In this document: positions 12,386 through 25,515 of the stretch, in pieces
Layout: every line of letters starts with the position of its first letter
Numbering within the stretch: the stretch's first letter is position 1
DNA from: Octopus bimaculoides
Taxonomy: Eukaryota
Direction of reading: 5' to 3'
Length of the DNA stretch: 37,192 nucleotides
Assembly (NCBI RefSeq): GCF_001194135.2
Contig: NC_068991.1
Span: 48,205,273 to 48,242,464 of the forward strand
Notes under the pieces: model-generated
The model's input: the letters and a program-made list of their open reading frames with translations, nothing else
Database searches by the model: none
Told to the model about the DNA's origin: nothing
Position numbers and translations under genes: made by a program

Positions 12386-12944
12386 TTAAAGACATGCAGT
12401 ATNNNNNNNNNNNNNNNNNNNNNNNNNNNNNNNNNNNNNNNNNNNNNNNNNNNNNNNNNNNNNNNNNNNNNNNNNNNNNNNNNNNNNNNNNNNNNNNNNN
12501 NNNNNNNNNNNNNNNNNNNNNNNNNNNNNNNNNNNNNNNNNNNNNNNNNNNNNNNNNNNNNNNNNNNNNNNNNNNNNNNNNNNNNNNNNNNNNNNNNNNN
12601 NNNNNNNNNNNNNNNNNNNNNNNNNNNNNNNNNNNNNNNNNNNNNNNNNNNNNNNNNNNNNNNNNNNNNNNNNNNNNNNNNNNNNNNNNNNNNNNNNNNN
12701 NNNNNNNNNNNNNNNNNNNNNNNNNNNNNNNNNNNNNNNNNNNNNTGTGTGTGTGTGTGTGTGTGTGTGTGTAGGAATTATGCTCTTACTAATTCTCGCC
12801 ATTCCTGTTTTAACTTAATACAATTATATATATATATCTATATATTATATATATATATCTATATATTATATATATCTATATATATATATCTATATGTTTA
12901 GTTATCATTCTTGTCTGTAAAGCAAACTGTTAGGCAAGGTATGT

Positions 12945-13086
12945 ATTTATGTCTATCTATCTGTCTATCTATCTGTCTATCTATCTGTCTATCTATCTGT
13001 CTATCTATCTGTCCATCTATCTATCTGTCCATCTATCTATCTATCTATCTATCTATCCATCCATCCATCCATCCATCCATCCATCC

Positions 13087-13140
<54 letters not shown>
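12945..13140. repeat. (TATC)/(TGTC)/(CATC)n tetranucleotide microsatellite
   Basis: Directly visible. Confidence 0.95.
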
Positions 13141-13596
13141 ATTTATGTTTATATATATGCCTATGGTTGTACGTATGTGTCTGTGAGCGAATGTATGTGT
13201 CATGTACATATGTGTCCTTTGGCAAGTCACGCGTATACTTACGTGTTTGAAAGTCTCGGACTCGATGGACTGAAGTGCCGCTTCCAACAAATACGCACAT
13301 ACACATGCAAGCACGCGCACACACGCACGCACACGACACACACACACACACACACACACACATATGCCTCTGTATGGTAAGAGACCGGATATAAGTTTAC
13401 GCGATATCATTTGTATAGTTAGTAGGAAAGATCTATATAAAAGGAGGAACAAAGGCGACTTCGATATTCACTTAATCCCGGCAGAAATGAAAATGATATG
13501 AAGAAGAAACAACAAAGAATCAGAGTGCATGTATGAAAATATGCTTCAGAAATTTCCAGGAATATAATCAAATATTCGTTATATAGGTTTCCATAC

Positions 13597-13727
13597 ATAA
13601 TATCAAATTTGCTATTGAAATCATCATTATTTATTCTCTGCGACATTAGGTATATCCATTTTGTATCCAGAAATTGATCAATCACCAAACGGAAATATCT
13701 GTTGTCTATGCCCGATGCTCTACTCAA
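13597..13727 (-). other. Candidate host-gene exon; product unknown
   Basis: The minus-strand acceptor ttttttctccttcag lies immediately before 13727. Only phase 0 is open (LSRASGIDNRYFRLVIDQFLDTKWIYLMSQRINNDDFNSKFDI). A possible donor GTATGG is at 13596. I recognise no homology. Confidence 0.25.
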
Positions 13728-13770
13728 CTGAAGGAGAAAAAATCATACAATTAAAACTAAACGTGTGGCT

Positions 13771-13823
<53 letters not shown>

Positions 13824-14282
13824 GTGTTTATGCATATACACACATGCATATATATATATATATATATATGNNNNNNNNNNNNNNNNNNNNNNNNNNNNNN
13901 NNNNNNNNNNNNNNNNNNNNNNNNNNNNNNNNNNNNNNNNNNNNNNNNNNNNNNNNNNNNNNNNNNNNNNNNNNNNNNNNNNNNNNNNNNNNNNNNNNNN
14001 NNNNNNNNNNNNNNNNNNNNNNNNNNNNNNNNNNNNNNNNNNNNNNNNNNNNNNNNNNNNNNNNNNNNNNNNNNNNNNNNNNNNNNNNNNNNNNNNNNNN
14101 NNNNNNNCGCACACACAAACACACACACACACACACACACACATTCACGCACACACTCACATACACACACACACACACTCACACACTCATACACAGACAC
14201 ACATATATCTTAGTGAGTGGAGTGGGAATGATTTGAAAATACGTTCAATTATCTGCATAATTATGTTTATATGTATATATAT

Positions 14283-14347
<65 letters not shown>

Positions 14348-14724
14348 TATCCCAAACGTCATTTCAAGCTGATCTGGAATGAAAGAATCTACCGCTAATA
14401 TAAACATATAAACACATCATTTCCAAAGTGGCAGCAATTTCAGAAATTTCCATTCTGTTAAACAACTTTTTACCAATTCTTCTTTAGATCAACAACCCGT
14501 CTCTGGTGTCTAGTTTCCTCAAAGAAAGTTCGGTTATTCTTTTTCTGATTGCTATTATTGTCAAGTAGCTCTGGTCAGTTCAGATTTGTATAGTTCTGGA
14601 ACATGCGCAGATGTGAAGTTTAGATTTGCCCTCACACTAATGTATTTTCGGATTCGATCCGATTCCGCAGCTCTTTGAATATCAGTGACTTGTGCTGTAA
14701 CCTCAGTTTACCAATGACGCCTTA

Positions 14725-15055
14725 TCTATCCATTCCTCTATCCATCCTGTCCATCCATCCATCCATCCTGTCCATCCCTCTCTCCACCCATCCGTTCATC
14801 CTTTCATCCATCCATCCATCCATCCATCCATCCGTCTGTCCTTTCATTCCTCTATCCAGTCATCCATCCGTCCGTCCGTCCGTCCATCCATCCATCCATC
14901 CATCCATCCCTCCATCCATCCAACCATTCTTCCCTCCTTCCCTTCCTTCCTCCCCCCCTCCCCTCCCTCCTTCCATCCTTGCATTCGTCTCTTCCTCCCT
15001 CCATCCTTCCGTCTTTCCAACCATCCTATCCGTCCGTCCGTCCGTCCGTCCATCT
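14725..15055. repeat. Compound (CATC)/(CCTT)/(CGTC)n microsatellite
   Basis: Directly visible. Confidence 0.9.
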
Positions 15056-15235
15056 TCTTCGTCCACTATTCCTTTGGCACCTCCTCGAAAGTGTTCTAAC
15101 AGAAAGCAACTGTCATTACACTTTCTGGACAGATTTCTAAACGTGAGCAACTGAAATTATTGATATTATGAAACTACATCTTTCTTGGTCTACCCCTAGA
15201 TATCCTAAGAAAGTGGTAATTTGTAAACGAAAACA

Positions 15236-15978
<743 letters not shown>

Positions 15979-15979
15979 T

Positions 15980-16148
15980 ATTTATGTCCACGTAGCTGAG
16001 CGGTTCGCCAAAAGACACTGATAGAAGAAGCATCTGACTTTAAAAAATAAGCACAGATGGAGCAGATTTGTTCGACGAAAACCTTCAAGGCAATGCCCCA
16101 GCATAGCAGCAGTCCAATGAATAAAACATGTAAATGATAAAAGATAAA
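15980..16148 (+). mobile_element. 3' half of SINE family B abutting the NUMT
   Basis: tttatgtccacgtagctgagcggttcgccaaaaga...ccttcaaggcaatgccccagcatagcagcagtccaatgaataaaacatgtaaa matches the copy at 9665-9882 in the opposite orientation. Confidence 0.75.
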
Positions 16149-16829
16149 CGATACAATTGTACTAATCGAGGTATAAAAATGTCTCATTAACTGCGAATAT
16201 ATTAAACTCTACCAAATTCTACCAAATTATTCTGTTAGTTACACAAATTATTTCTCAATTCTCACTCACAGCGCACCAGGTGTTTTTGAGCACTATATTT
16301 TTTTACTTTTTCCTCAAAAAAGATCAATATTCCCCTATTGAACTTTTAGCAGAATATCCAAATCTTGCTTCTTAATCTAAATGTTCAAATAACGAAATTA
16401 TCAATAACACTGTTGTTACTCGATTAGAGTTTGTATTTGATAAAAAAATATATTTGATTCTTCAATTGAAAGTGTTCTCATATTTAAAGTTGTCTTTATT
16501 TGTTTAAAGGTGATATATATATATATATATATAGTGTGTGTGTGTGTATATGTGTGTGTATATATACATATATGTATATATATATGCATATATGTATGTG
16601 TATATATATATATACTATATATACACATATACATATACATATATATGTATGAATGTGTGTTTGTACATTCACAAATATCTATGTGTGCGCACGCACACAG
16701 AGATACATACACACAGACACATATGCACACACTCACACATAACGTTAATTTCTTTAAAGGTCTAAGTTCGATGATCGATATTGAAGTCAAAAAATAATTG
16801 TTTTAGAAGGCGCGCGCGTATATATACAT

Positions 16830-17035
16830 GTTCTCTCTCTCTGTGTCATTCTCTCTCTCTCTCTGTCATTCTCTCACTCTCTGTCATTCTCTCTCTCTCT
16901 CTGTCATTCTCTCTCTCTCTGTCATTCTCTCTCTCTCTCTCTGTCATTCTCTCTCTCTGTGTCATTCTCTCTCTCTCTCTGTCATTCTCTCACTCTCTGT
17001 CATTCTCTCTCTCTCTCTGTCATTCTCTCTCTCTC
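16830..17035. repeat. Minisatellite of ~18-20 bp units, (CT)n-GTCATT, about 10 copies, running into an N gap
   Basis: GTCATT recurs every 18-20 bp, separated by (CT)5-7. Confidence 0.9.
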
Positions 17036-17950
17036 NNNNNNNNNNNNNNNNNNNNNNNNNNNNNNNNNNNNNNNNNNNNNNNNNNNNNNNNNNNNNNNNN
17101 NNNNNNNNNNNNNNNNNNNNNNNNNNNNNNNNNNNNNNNNNNNNNNNNNNNNNNNNNNNNNNNNNNNNNNNNNNNNNNNNNNNNNNNNNNNNNNNNNNNN
17201 NNNNNNNNNNNNNNNNNNNNNNNNNNNNNNNNNNNNNNNNNNNNNNNNNNNNNNNNNNNNNNNNNNNNNNNNNNNNNNNNNNNNNNNNNNNNNNNNNNNN
17301 NNNNNNNNNNNNNNNNNNNNNNNNNNNNNNNNNNNNNNNNNNNNNNNNNNNNNNNNNNNNNNNNNNNNNNNNNNNNNNNNNNNNNNNNNNNNNNNNNNNN
17401 NNNNNNNNNNNNNNNNNNNNNNNNNNNNNNNNNNNNNNNNNNNNNNNNNNNNNNNNNNNNNNNNNNNNNNNNNNNNNNNNNNNNNNNNNNNNNNNNNNNN
17501 NNNNNNNNNNNNNNNNNNNNNNNNNNNNNNNNNNNNNNNNNNNNNNNNNNNNNNNNNNNNNNNNNNNNNNNNNNNNNNNNNNNNNNNNNNNNNNNNNNNN
17601 NNNNNNNNNNNNNNNNNNNNNNNNNNNNNNNNNNNNNNNNNNNNNNNNNNNNNNNNNNNNNNNNNNNNNNNNNNNNNNNNNNNNNNNNNNNNNNNNNNNN
17701 NNNNNNNNNNNNNNNNNNNNNNNNNNNNNNNNNNNNNNNNNNNNNNNNNNNNNNNNNNNNNNNNNNNNNNNNNNNNNNNNNNNNNNNNNNNNNNNNNNNN
17801 NNNNNNNNNNNNNNNNNNNNNNNNNNNNNNNNNNNNNNNNNNNNNNNNNNNNNNNNNNNNNNNNNNNNNNNNNNNNNNNNNNNNNNNNNNNNNNNNNNNN
17901 NNNNNNNNNNNNNNNNNNNNNNNNNNNNNNNNNNNNNNNNNNNNNNNNNN

Positions 17951-17991
<41 letters not shown>

Positions 17992-18221
17992 CTCACTTAC
18001 ACATATCACATACACCTAAGTCAGTATTTCTATAACATAATTCAGTTCCCTGGAGATATTTTTTATCTTAAGGATATTGTCAAGCGGAAAACGTTGTTTC
18101 GTCCGTATCTCGATTAGATCGAAACACAGGCTAATCAAAACCCGCTCTGTGCTTATGAGCTTGCATCAAACGGTTACTACTTTCATATTCATTGAAGCTG
18201 ACCGACACGTTTGGTTTGCAG

Positions 18222-18245
18222 AAACAAAACGTGTCCCATTGCTAC
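18222..18245 (+). other. Candidate 24-nt microexon
   Basis: A branch-like GCTGAC (18197-18202) and the acceptor gtttggtttgcag precede the exon AAACAAAACGTGTCCCATTGCTAC. A perfect donor GTAAGT follows at 18246. The length is a multiple of 3 and there is no stop in any phase. Confidence 0.4.
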
Positions 18246-19959
18246 GTAAGTATTTTCATATGGGTATAATGCGTCTGAGTAAATAGATTTGTATGTATGC
18301 ATATAACCTTTAGGCCTGAGTTACAGCTCAGAAATTTTATTCGTTAACAAGCAGTGTTGTGTAACATAATAGTTGATAACACTGATATTGAAATGTTATG
18401 AATAAAGAGATAGTAGCGTGAGACAGCGGGCGGCAGCAGAAAATATAACCTTTAGGAAAAGAAATATTTATTTTTCCTTTTCTGCTTTTGTAGCTCTATT
18501 TCTACGCTGGAAATATTCAATGTTAATTACATTCCTTTCAATTTTGCAGTAATACAAGGTCTATCATAGCCATCTTAGATAGTCTCTACCTTGTTTTTTT
18601 TTTTATAAGTTGTTTTTAGATAATCAACATCGTGTTCAATATTATAGATTTTTCAAAAAAAAAAAAATCAAAAAGAATGCAATAAATAGATAAATAAACA
18701 ATGGCGATCGAATATTTCTCCTGTCCTACGAAATGGAAGCGGGAGATATACTAATGACAATGTAGAATAAGATATAAAAATACGAAAGACGAGGTTAATG
18801 GTGTGGAAGGCGAAATGGATGTATCAATAACTTATATCTAAAAGTTATAGATATTTCGTGTATGTCTGCTTGTATTTATACTCAATTATGTTTGGGTTTT
18901 TATTTTCCTTCTTGTCAATTTTAGTGTGATGTCAATCCATAAAATCTCAGTAGACATAAGAACATAATTCGAAAGTTTCTATCGGGATGAAATTTTTATG
19001 TATTTCTTTACTTAACGGTCGGACCTCTGTCAAAACAGATTATATAAAACACGTAACAAAAACAACCCTAGATTTAGATTTACTTCTCTGTCTATATATA
19101 TGTAAACTAAATCAATTATTTTTTTTAAACTGATTATATTAACAATTTTCATAGCAAATAAGAGAATCAATAACGATTAATAATTTGCAATGTTCATTTT
19201 CTTAAATAATCTTCAACGATATTAACTTTTATTAACTTTTAGGGACGGAATGTATTGTTACGTATCATGTAACATCATAGACTGTAGATTGGAATTACTA
19301 CTCTTCCTTGTCTTCCCTATGCTCCTCCTCCCCTCCTCCATTTCTTTTGCTTTCTTAACGGTGTTGTGCAGCGACCCCTAAGGACATTAAAACACTCTCG
19401 AACTAAATATATTACATCCATCCCCCACCTTTTCTCATTCTACTGTCATGTTCCTGTCTTCTCTTCAGGGCACAGAACTAAACATTTAGACAAGTTCATG
19501 CTGCCCTGGGTTGCAAGCGTTTAGAATTCTTTCCCGAACATTGCTTTTCATAAAGCAAGCATTTTCCAAGATGCATCGACCGCTTCTCTCTCACCGGACT
19601 GGGAAAACTTGAAGGTGCTACCTCATTCCTTGACTAATTCCCATATAACATACTAAACTCAGCACCAACACACAATAAAACATAATCAGGACTCGGTCCT
19701 TGCAGACAGCCATCATTCGGTGACGACATAAAAATGTACATATATGTATACATACATACATACGTACATACATACATACATACATGCACATACACATAAA
19801 TATATATATACATATACATCCACATTATATGTATATACGTTAGGTATGTATATACATATACATACATATATATATATACATACATATACATTATATATAT
19901 ACATTAGGTATGTATATACATATAAAAATACATACACACATATATACATATATACATAT

Positions 19960-20019
<60 letters not shown>

Positions 20020-20027
20020 CTCTATCT

Positions 20028-20776
20028 GTGTCGCAACGATGCAACAGAGCCACCATTAGGTCACTTACAGATGAACAGGGGCGCAAATTACTCGAGTCTG
20101 AAAGGATGTTTGAGGCCTTTCAACAACACTTTGCCCGAATGGGCTTATGTCGAAAGACTGCTATCACGTGTGGGACGAGTCAGTTTATTAGCCGAGTCCA
20201 TCGTGAATATTGTCGCGCCTCCTTCCTTGAAACGGGAGGGAAGAGCCATTTTCATCGTACTTGTGGCTATGGCGAAAGAATGTGTATGGTGGACGCGTCT
20301 GAAATGTCTAGAGACAACCACTTTCCTCTCTGGTGAATCTCTCATCAACTTTTTTCAAGTATCACTTGAAGGGGAAGGTAAGAGTAGAGAGGGAAGTTCT
20401 GTCTACTGAATGCTTCAAGAAAAGATGGGTGAACGTAGTAAGGATGGCACGTGTGAATGACGGAGCCACCTTGAGCATAATCCTATGAACCAGAAAAAAG
20501 AAAGGAAAAAAGAGAGTCACTTGCTGTAATGTGTTTTTCTGCATGACATTATTGGCTAAGGTTACCGTGGTCTTTTCCGTAATCTGTTCCCTCCTTTACA
20601 CTTTACATCATGACATTTCTGTGATACACGATCCCTATTGATCGGTTTTTTTACGATCTCTTTTGATCGAAAATCTACCCCTCTTTCTTTTTCCTACCTT
20701 CTCCTCCCTAAAAAGAAAATCTCTACTTTGTAACTTGTCCCCTCTGTGTCCAGCCCTGTGTTGCTAATAAAGAACA
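20028..20776 (+). mobile_element. Tx1/L1-clade LINE, internally deleted copy, flanked by (TATC)n on both sides
   Basis: 20028-20139 encodes an EN-RT linker-like peptide (RATIRSLTDEQGRKLLESERMFEAFQQHFAR). From 20140 it matches the ORF2 C-terminus of the 20922 copy (WAYVERLLSRVGR...MAKECVWWTRLK). The 3' UTR ends gccctgtgttgctAATAAAgaaca and then (TATC)n. Confidence 0.85.
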
Positions 20777-20819
<43 letters not shown>

Positions 20820-20921
20820 NNNNNNNNNNCTATCTATCTATCTATCTGTCTGTCTGTCTGTCTGTCCGTCCGTCCGTCCATCTATCTATCTATTTATCTA
20901 TCTATCTATCTTATCTATCTA

Positions 20922-22338
20922 TGGGCCGAGAGGAAACTGTCCCTAAAGGTGGCGGTGGCGAACGTATTCATCGCGTCCGTCATCAACTACCGCCTGACCG
21001 TCGTACCTTGTCCCGACCCTACCATCACCAAGCTGGAGCGCATCCTCTTCCGCTTCTTGTGGAAAGAAGCGTTCCGATGGTCAGGCGATCCGTTTACTGT
21101 CAACACCCACTGAAAGGAGGGCTGGGCATGCCGTGGTTGATGATGCGCAGACACGCGCTGAGACTGCGACATCTCTGGCTCTACGTAGACGACGGGGAGC
21201 AGGTGTGGTCGCCGTTTGTGCGACGCGCTTTCCCGCAGCTCGTCTTCATGACCGAGCTGCAGTCGTGGATCAAGAAGAGACCTAGGCTAGGCGAATGGCA
21301 CCGCGAGTGTCGCGTTGCTCTCCAGCGGCTCTGCCGTCCCGGTTCGACTTTGAGCGGCTGCATCACAACAAATGCATTCTATAGGGGATTAGTGGAGGGG
21401 AGGTACGACGACGATCTCAGGGCGAACCTGGGCGTCGACGAGGAATAACTGACCCGCCTGTTCAAGACGACTTTCGGACCGGGACCTATGGATAACTTCC
21501 AGAGATCCCTAGCCTGGAAGTGCTACCGAGGAGCGCTACCCGTTCGGGATAAGCTGTACCGACATGGTTCGAGAAACACGGGGCCGACCTGCCCGAGAGG
21601 CGGTCAGAGCGACGAGACCGTTCTGCACGCACTCGTGCAGTGTTCAACCATTTCCGACCTGTGGGCTTATGTCGAACGGCTGCTGTCACGTGTGGGACGA
21701 TTCGGTTTATCAACCGAGTCTATCGTCAAAATCGTCACGCCTCCTTCCTTTAAACTGGAAGGAAGAGCTGTATTTATTATACTTGTAGCTATGGCGAAAG
21801 AATGCATCTGGTGGACGCGTCTAAAAGGATTAGAGACAAACACTTTCCTCTCTGGTCAACCTCTCATCAACTTTTTCAAGTATCACTTCAAAAGGAAGGT
21901 GAGAGTAGAGAGGCAAGTGTTGTCTAGCAAATGTTTCGGTAAAAGATGGATACATGTAGCAAGAATGGCACGTATAAATGACGAAGCCACTCTGAGCATG
22001 ATTCTATAGAACAGTTAAAATTTTGTAAACAGAGAGTTACTTACGTTTCTTTCATAAATAAAAGTAATTTTATTTTACAAATTGTGACATTAAGGACCGA
22101 GGTTACCGTGGTCTTTTCCGTAGGTTTTTCTTTCCACGGATAACCTCCCCATTTATTGGGAATTTTTGTAATATTTTCATTTTTTTTGTACATACCCCAA
22201 ACGTTTTCTCGATACCTTTTCATCGTTATCCCCATTTAAATTTATTTTTTTTACTTTATTTTCGTCCCCATCGAAAAGGAAAAACTCTACATTGTATTTG
22301 TCCCATCTATGTTGAGCCCTGTGTGGCTAATAAAAGAA

Positions 22339-22339
<1 letters not shown>
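20922..22339 (+). mobile_element. Tx1/L1-clade LINE, 5'-truncated ORF2 C-terminal region with zinc knuckle and 3' UTR, flanked by (TATC)n
   Basis: WAERKLSLK..VANVFIASVINYRL...LERILFRFLWK...HPLKGGLGMPWL is an L1-clade post-RT signature. The knuckle reads TCPRGGQSDETVLHALVQC and the stop is at 22009. AATAAA at 22329 is followed by (TATC)n from 22340. Confidence 0.92.
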
Positions 22340-22390
<51 letters not shown>

Positions 22391-22598
22391 GTGTATCTGC
22401 CCGTCTGTTTGTCCGCTAAAGCGTGCGTAGTATAGATTGTCACCAAGTAACGCTCAGGTAAATCCGAAACTTGAATTCCAGCTCGTTCATCCGGTGCAGG
22501 GAGTCGGCAACGTGAACAAACTTCGTCGATCGGGTATAAAAGTAAAACAAAACAAAAAAAAAATATTGTCAGATAAACAAAAGTAGACATAAGGAGGA

Positions 22599-22983
22599 TA
22601 TTTACATGGAGTACAAATAATCAAAAGAAAAAAAAGGAAGGAAGTTAACAGTCTTAGCTTTATAGCTGTTTCGAATGAATCATTATTAGTACCGTAAACC
22701 ATATATATTATGCAATAAAGCCCCATAATATCATAGGTGTATGAAATAACATGATTTTTTTATGGATCCCAGAAGCTATTAGCTAATGGCCAAGAATCTT
22801 TTGACAAGGACAACATGATTTCGGATCAATTTGTGTTATTCCATACTCCTACGGTATTATGGGACTACCTCACATGGTATATATGATTATGGCACCTATC
22901 ATGATTCATCCGAAACAGCTATAAAAATGCGACTATTACTTCATTCCAGTTGGTCTTTTATTTATTCGTATTCCATCTAAATA
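22599..22983. repeat. Imperfect inverted repeat with ~150 bp arms (22599-22751 / 22834-22983), probably paired Penelope-like tails
   Basis: tttatagctgtttcgaatgaatcat...cccataatatcataggtgtatgaaataaca is mirrored by tgttattccatactcctacggtattatggg...atgattcatccgaaacagctataaa. Similarity extends outward on both sides. Confidence 0.75.
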
Positions 22984-23084
22984 CGCTCCTTACGGCTACC
23001 TTTTTGAATCAGCCCTTCTTCTTCTTCTTCTTCTTCTTCTTCTTCTTCTTCTTCTTCTTCTTCTTCTTCGTCGTCGTCGTTGTC

Positions 23085-23117
<33 letters not shown>

Positions 23118-24289
23118 CCACCTTTTATACACACACACATACACATACACACGTACATGTATATATACATACATAATATATATATATATAATATATTAGT
23201 ATGTTTTATGTATACATACATATNNNNNNNNNNNNNNNNNNNNNNNNNNNNNNNNNNNNNNNNNNNNNNNNNNNNNNNNNNNNNNNNNNNNNNNNNNNNN
23301 NNNNNNNNNNNNNNNNNNNNNNNNNNNNNNNNNNNNNNNNNNNNNNNNNNNNNNNNNNNNNNNNNNNNNNNNNNNNNNNNNNNNNNNNNNNNNNNNNNNN
23401 NNNNNNNNNNNNNNNNNNNNNNNNNNNNNNNNNNNNNNNNNNNNNNNNNNNNNNNNNNNNNNNNNNNNNNNNNNNNNNNNNNNNNNNNNNNNNNNNNNNN
23501 NNNNNNNNNNNNNNNNNNNNNNNNNNNNNNNNNNNNNNNNNNNNNNNNNNNNNNNNNNNNNNNNNNNNNNNNNNNNNNNNNNNNNNNNNNNNNNNNNNNN
23601 NNNNNNNNNNNNNNNNNNNNNNNNNNNNNNNNNNNNNNNNNNNNNNNNNNNNNNNNNNNNNNNNNNNNNNNNNNNNNNNNNNNNNNNNNNNNNNNNNNNN
23701 NNNNNNNNNNNNNNNNNNNNNNNNNNNNNNNNNNNNNNNNNNNNNNNNNNNNNNNNNNNNNNNNNNNNNNNNNNNNNNNNNNNNNNNNNNNNNNNNNNNN
23801 NNNNNNNNNNNNNNNNNNNNNNNNNNNNNNNNNNNNNNNNNNNNNNNNNNNNNNNNNNNNNNNNNNNNNNNNNNNNNNNNNNNNNNNNNNNNNNNNNNNN
23901 NNNNNNNNNNNTGGAATGTGTAGGGGTGGGGTGGGCTTACGAGGGAAGGGTGACGACGAAGGGGGGAGGAGAAGGTGGGCAGGAGTGAAGAGAAGAGAGA
24001 AGGAGAGTAGGAGGGAAGAGAAGATGGAGTCTGAGCAAGAGAGGAGAGGTGGGTGGGAGGAAGTAGGTGTGGGTGGAGAGGCAAGAGGAAGAGTTTAGAT
24101 AGAGGGGGGGATACCTTGCTTCCGACCAAGAAGGGAACATTTAAGTATTTTATATGCATTATGTATTTCATATAAATATTTCATATTAACACACACACAC
24201 ATGCATACACATGCACGCACACACATACACACACATACACACACACACAGGTAGACAGACAGACGGACACTCACAAAGACAGAGAAATA

Positions 24290-24396
24290 TACACATTATT
24301 TTTCATCATTATTATTATCAAAATACTGTATTATATTCTCGTATCACCCGCTTACCAGTTTCATATCAGGAGTTGAGATAATCCCGGCGATCATCA
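24290..24396 (-). mobile_element. Probable Penelope-like 3' tail fragment with a degenerate hammerhead-like motif
   Basis: The minus strand reads tgatga...gaaactggta followed by an AT-rich tail. It is embedded between microsatellites. Confidence 0.4.
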
Positions 24397-24510
24397 CATA
24401 CATACATGCATACATACATACATACATACATGCAAACATACATACATACATACATACATATATACATACATACATACATACATACATACATGCATACATA
24501 CATGCATACA

Positions 24511-24544
<34 letters not shown>

Positions 24545-24700
24545 CATACATACATACATACATATATACATACATACAAACATGCATACACACAAACATA
24601 GATACATACATGCATACATGCATACATACATACAAGCATACATACATATATGCATACATACAGACATACGTACATACATACATACATGCATACATATGAA
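24396..24700. repeat. (CATA)n microsatellite
   Basis: Directly visible. Confidence 0.95.
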
Positions 24701-24813
24701 AATATTTATGGACGTGGGTGCATGTTTGTGTATATACATGTGTGTGTGCTTGTTGTTCTGTATACATATACGTATGTACGTGTGAGTGTACATACATACA
24801 CACTCAAATATGC

Positions 24814-24850
<37 letters not shown>

Positions 24851-25319
24851 GAATTTAATTGAATTGAGTATATATATATATATANNNNNNNNNNNNNNNN
24901 NNNNNNNNNNNNNNNNNNNNNNNNNNNNNNNNNNNNNNNNNNNNNNNNNNNNNNNNNNNNNNNNNNNNNNNNNNNNNNNNNNNNNNNNNNNNNNNNNNNN
25001 NNNNNNNNNNNNNNNNNNNNNNNNNNNNNNNNNNNNNNNNNNNNNNNNNNNNNNNNNNNNNNNNNNNNNNNNNNNNNNNNNNNNNNNNNNNNNNNNNNNN
25101 NNNNNNNNNNNNNNNNNNNNNNNNNNNNNNNNNNNNNNNNNNNNNNNNGGGAGGCATAAAAACACTCGACATACTTATTAAAGTAACCGACAGGTGACTA
25201 GCAGATAGAGCTGAAATTATTATTTTTCGCTCTCTGTGTAATATTAATGAATTGAAAGTTTTTTTGCTATTTTGTAATGTAGCACATCTCTACTAGCACC
25301 TGTGTCTACACCCATCTTT

Positions 25320-25364
<45 letters not shown>

Positions 25365-25515
25365 CACACGCACACACACAAATTTATATATATGTGCGTA
25401 TGTGTGTGTATATATATGTGTGTATATTGTATATATATTCATATATATGTGTGTGTATGTGTATACTCACACATATATAAATTCGTGTGTGCGTGTGCGT
25501 GTGTGTATGTATGTA

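Noticed and set aside
16830-17035. Regularly spaced short repeats, superficially CRISPR-like
   Set aside because: The spacers are (CT)n rather than unique sequence, the context is eukaryotic and there are no cas genes.
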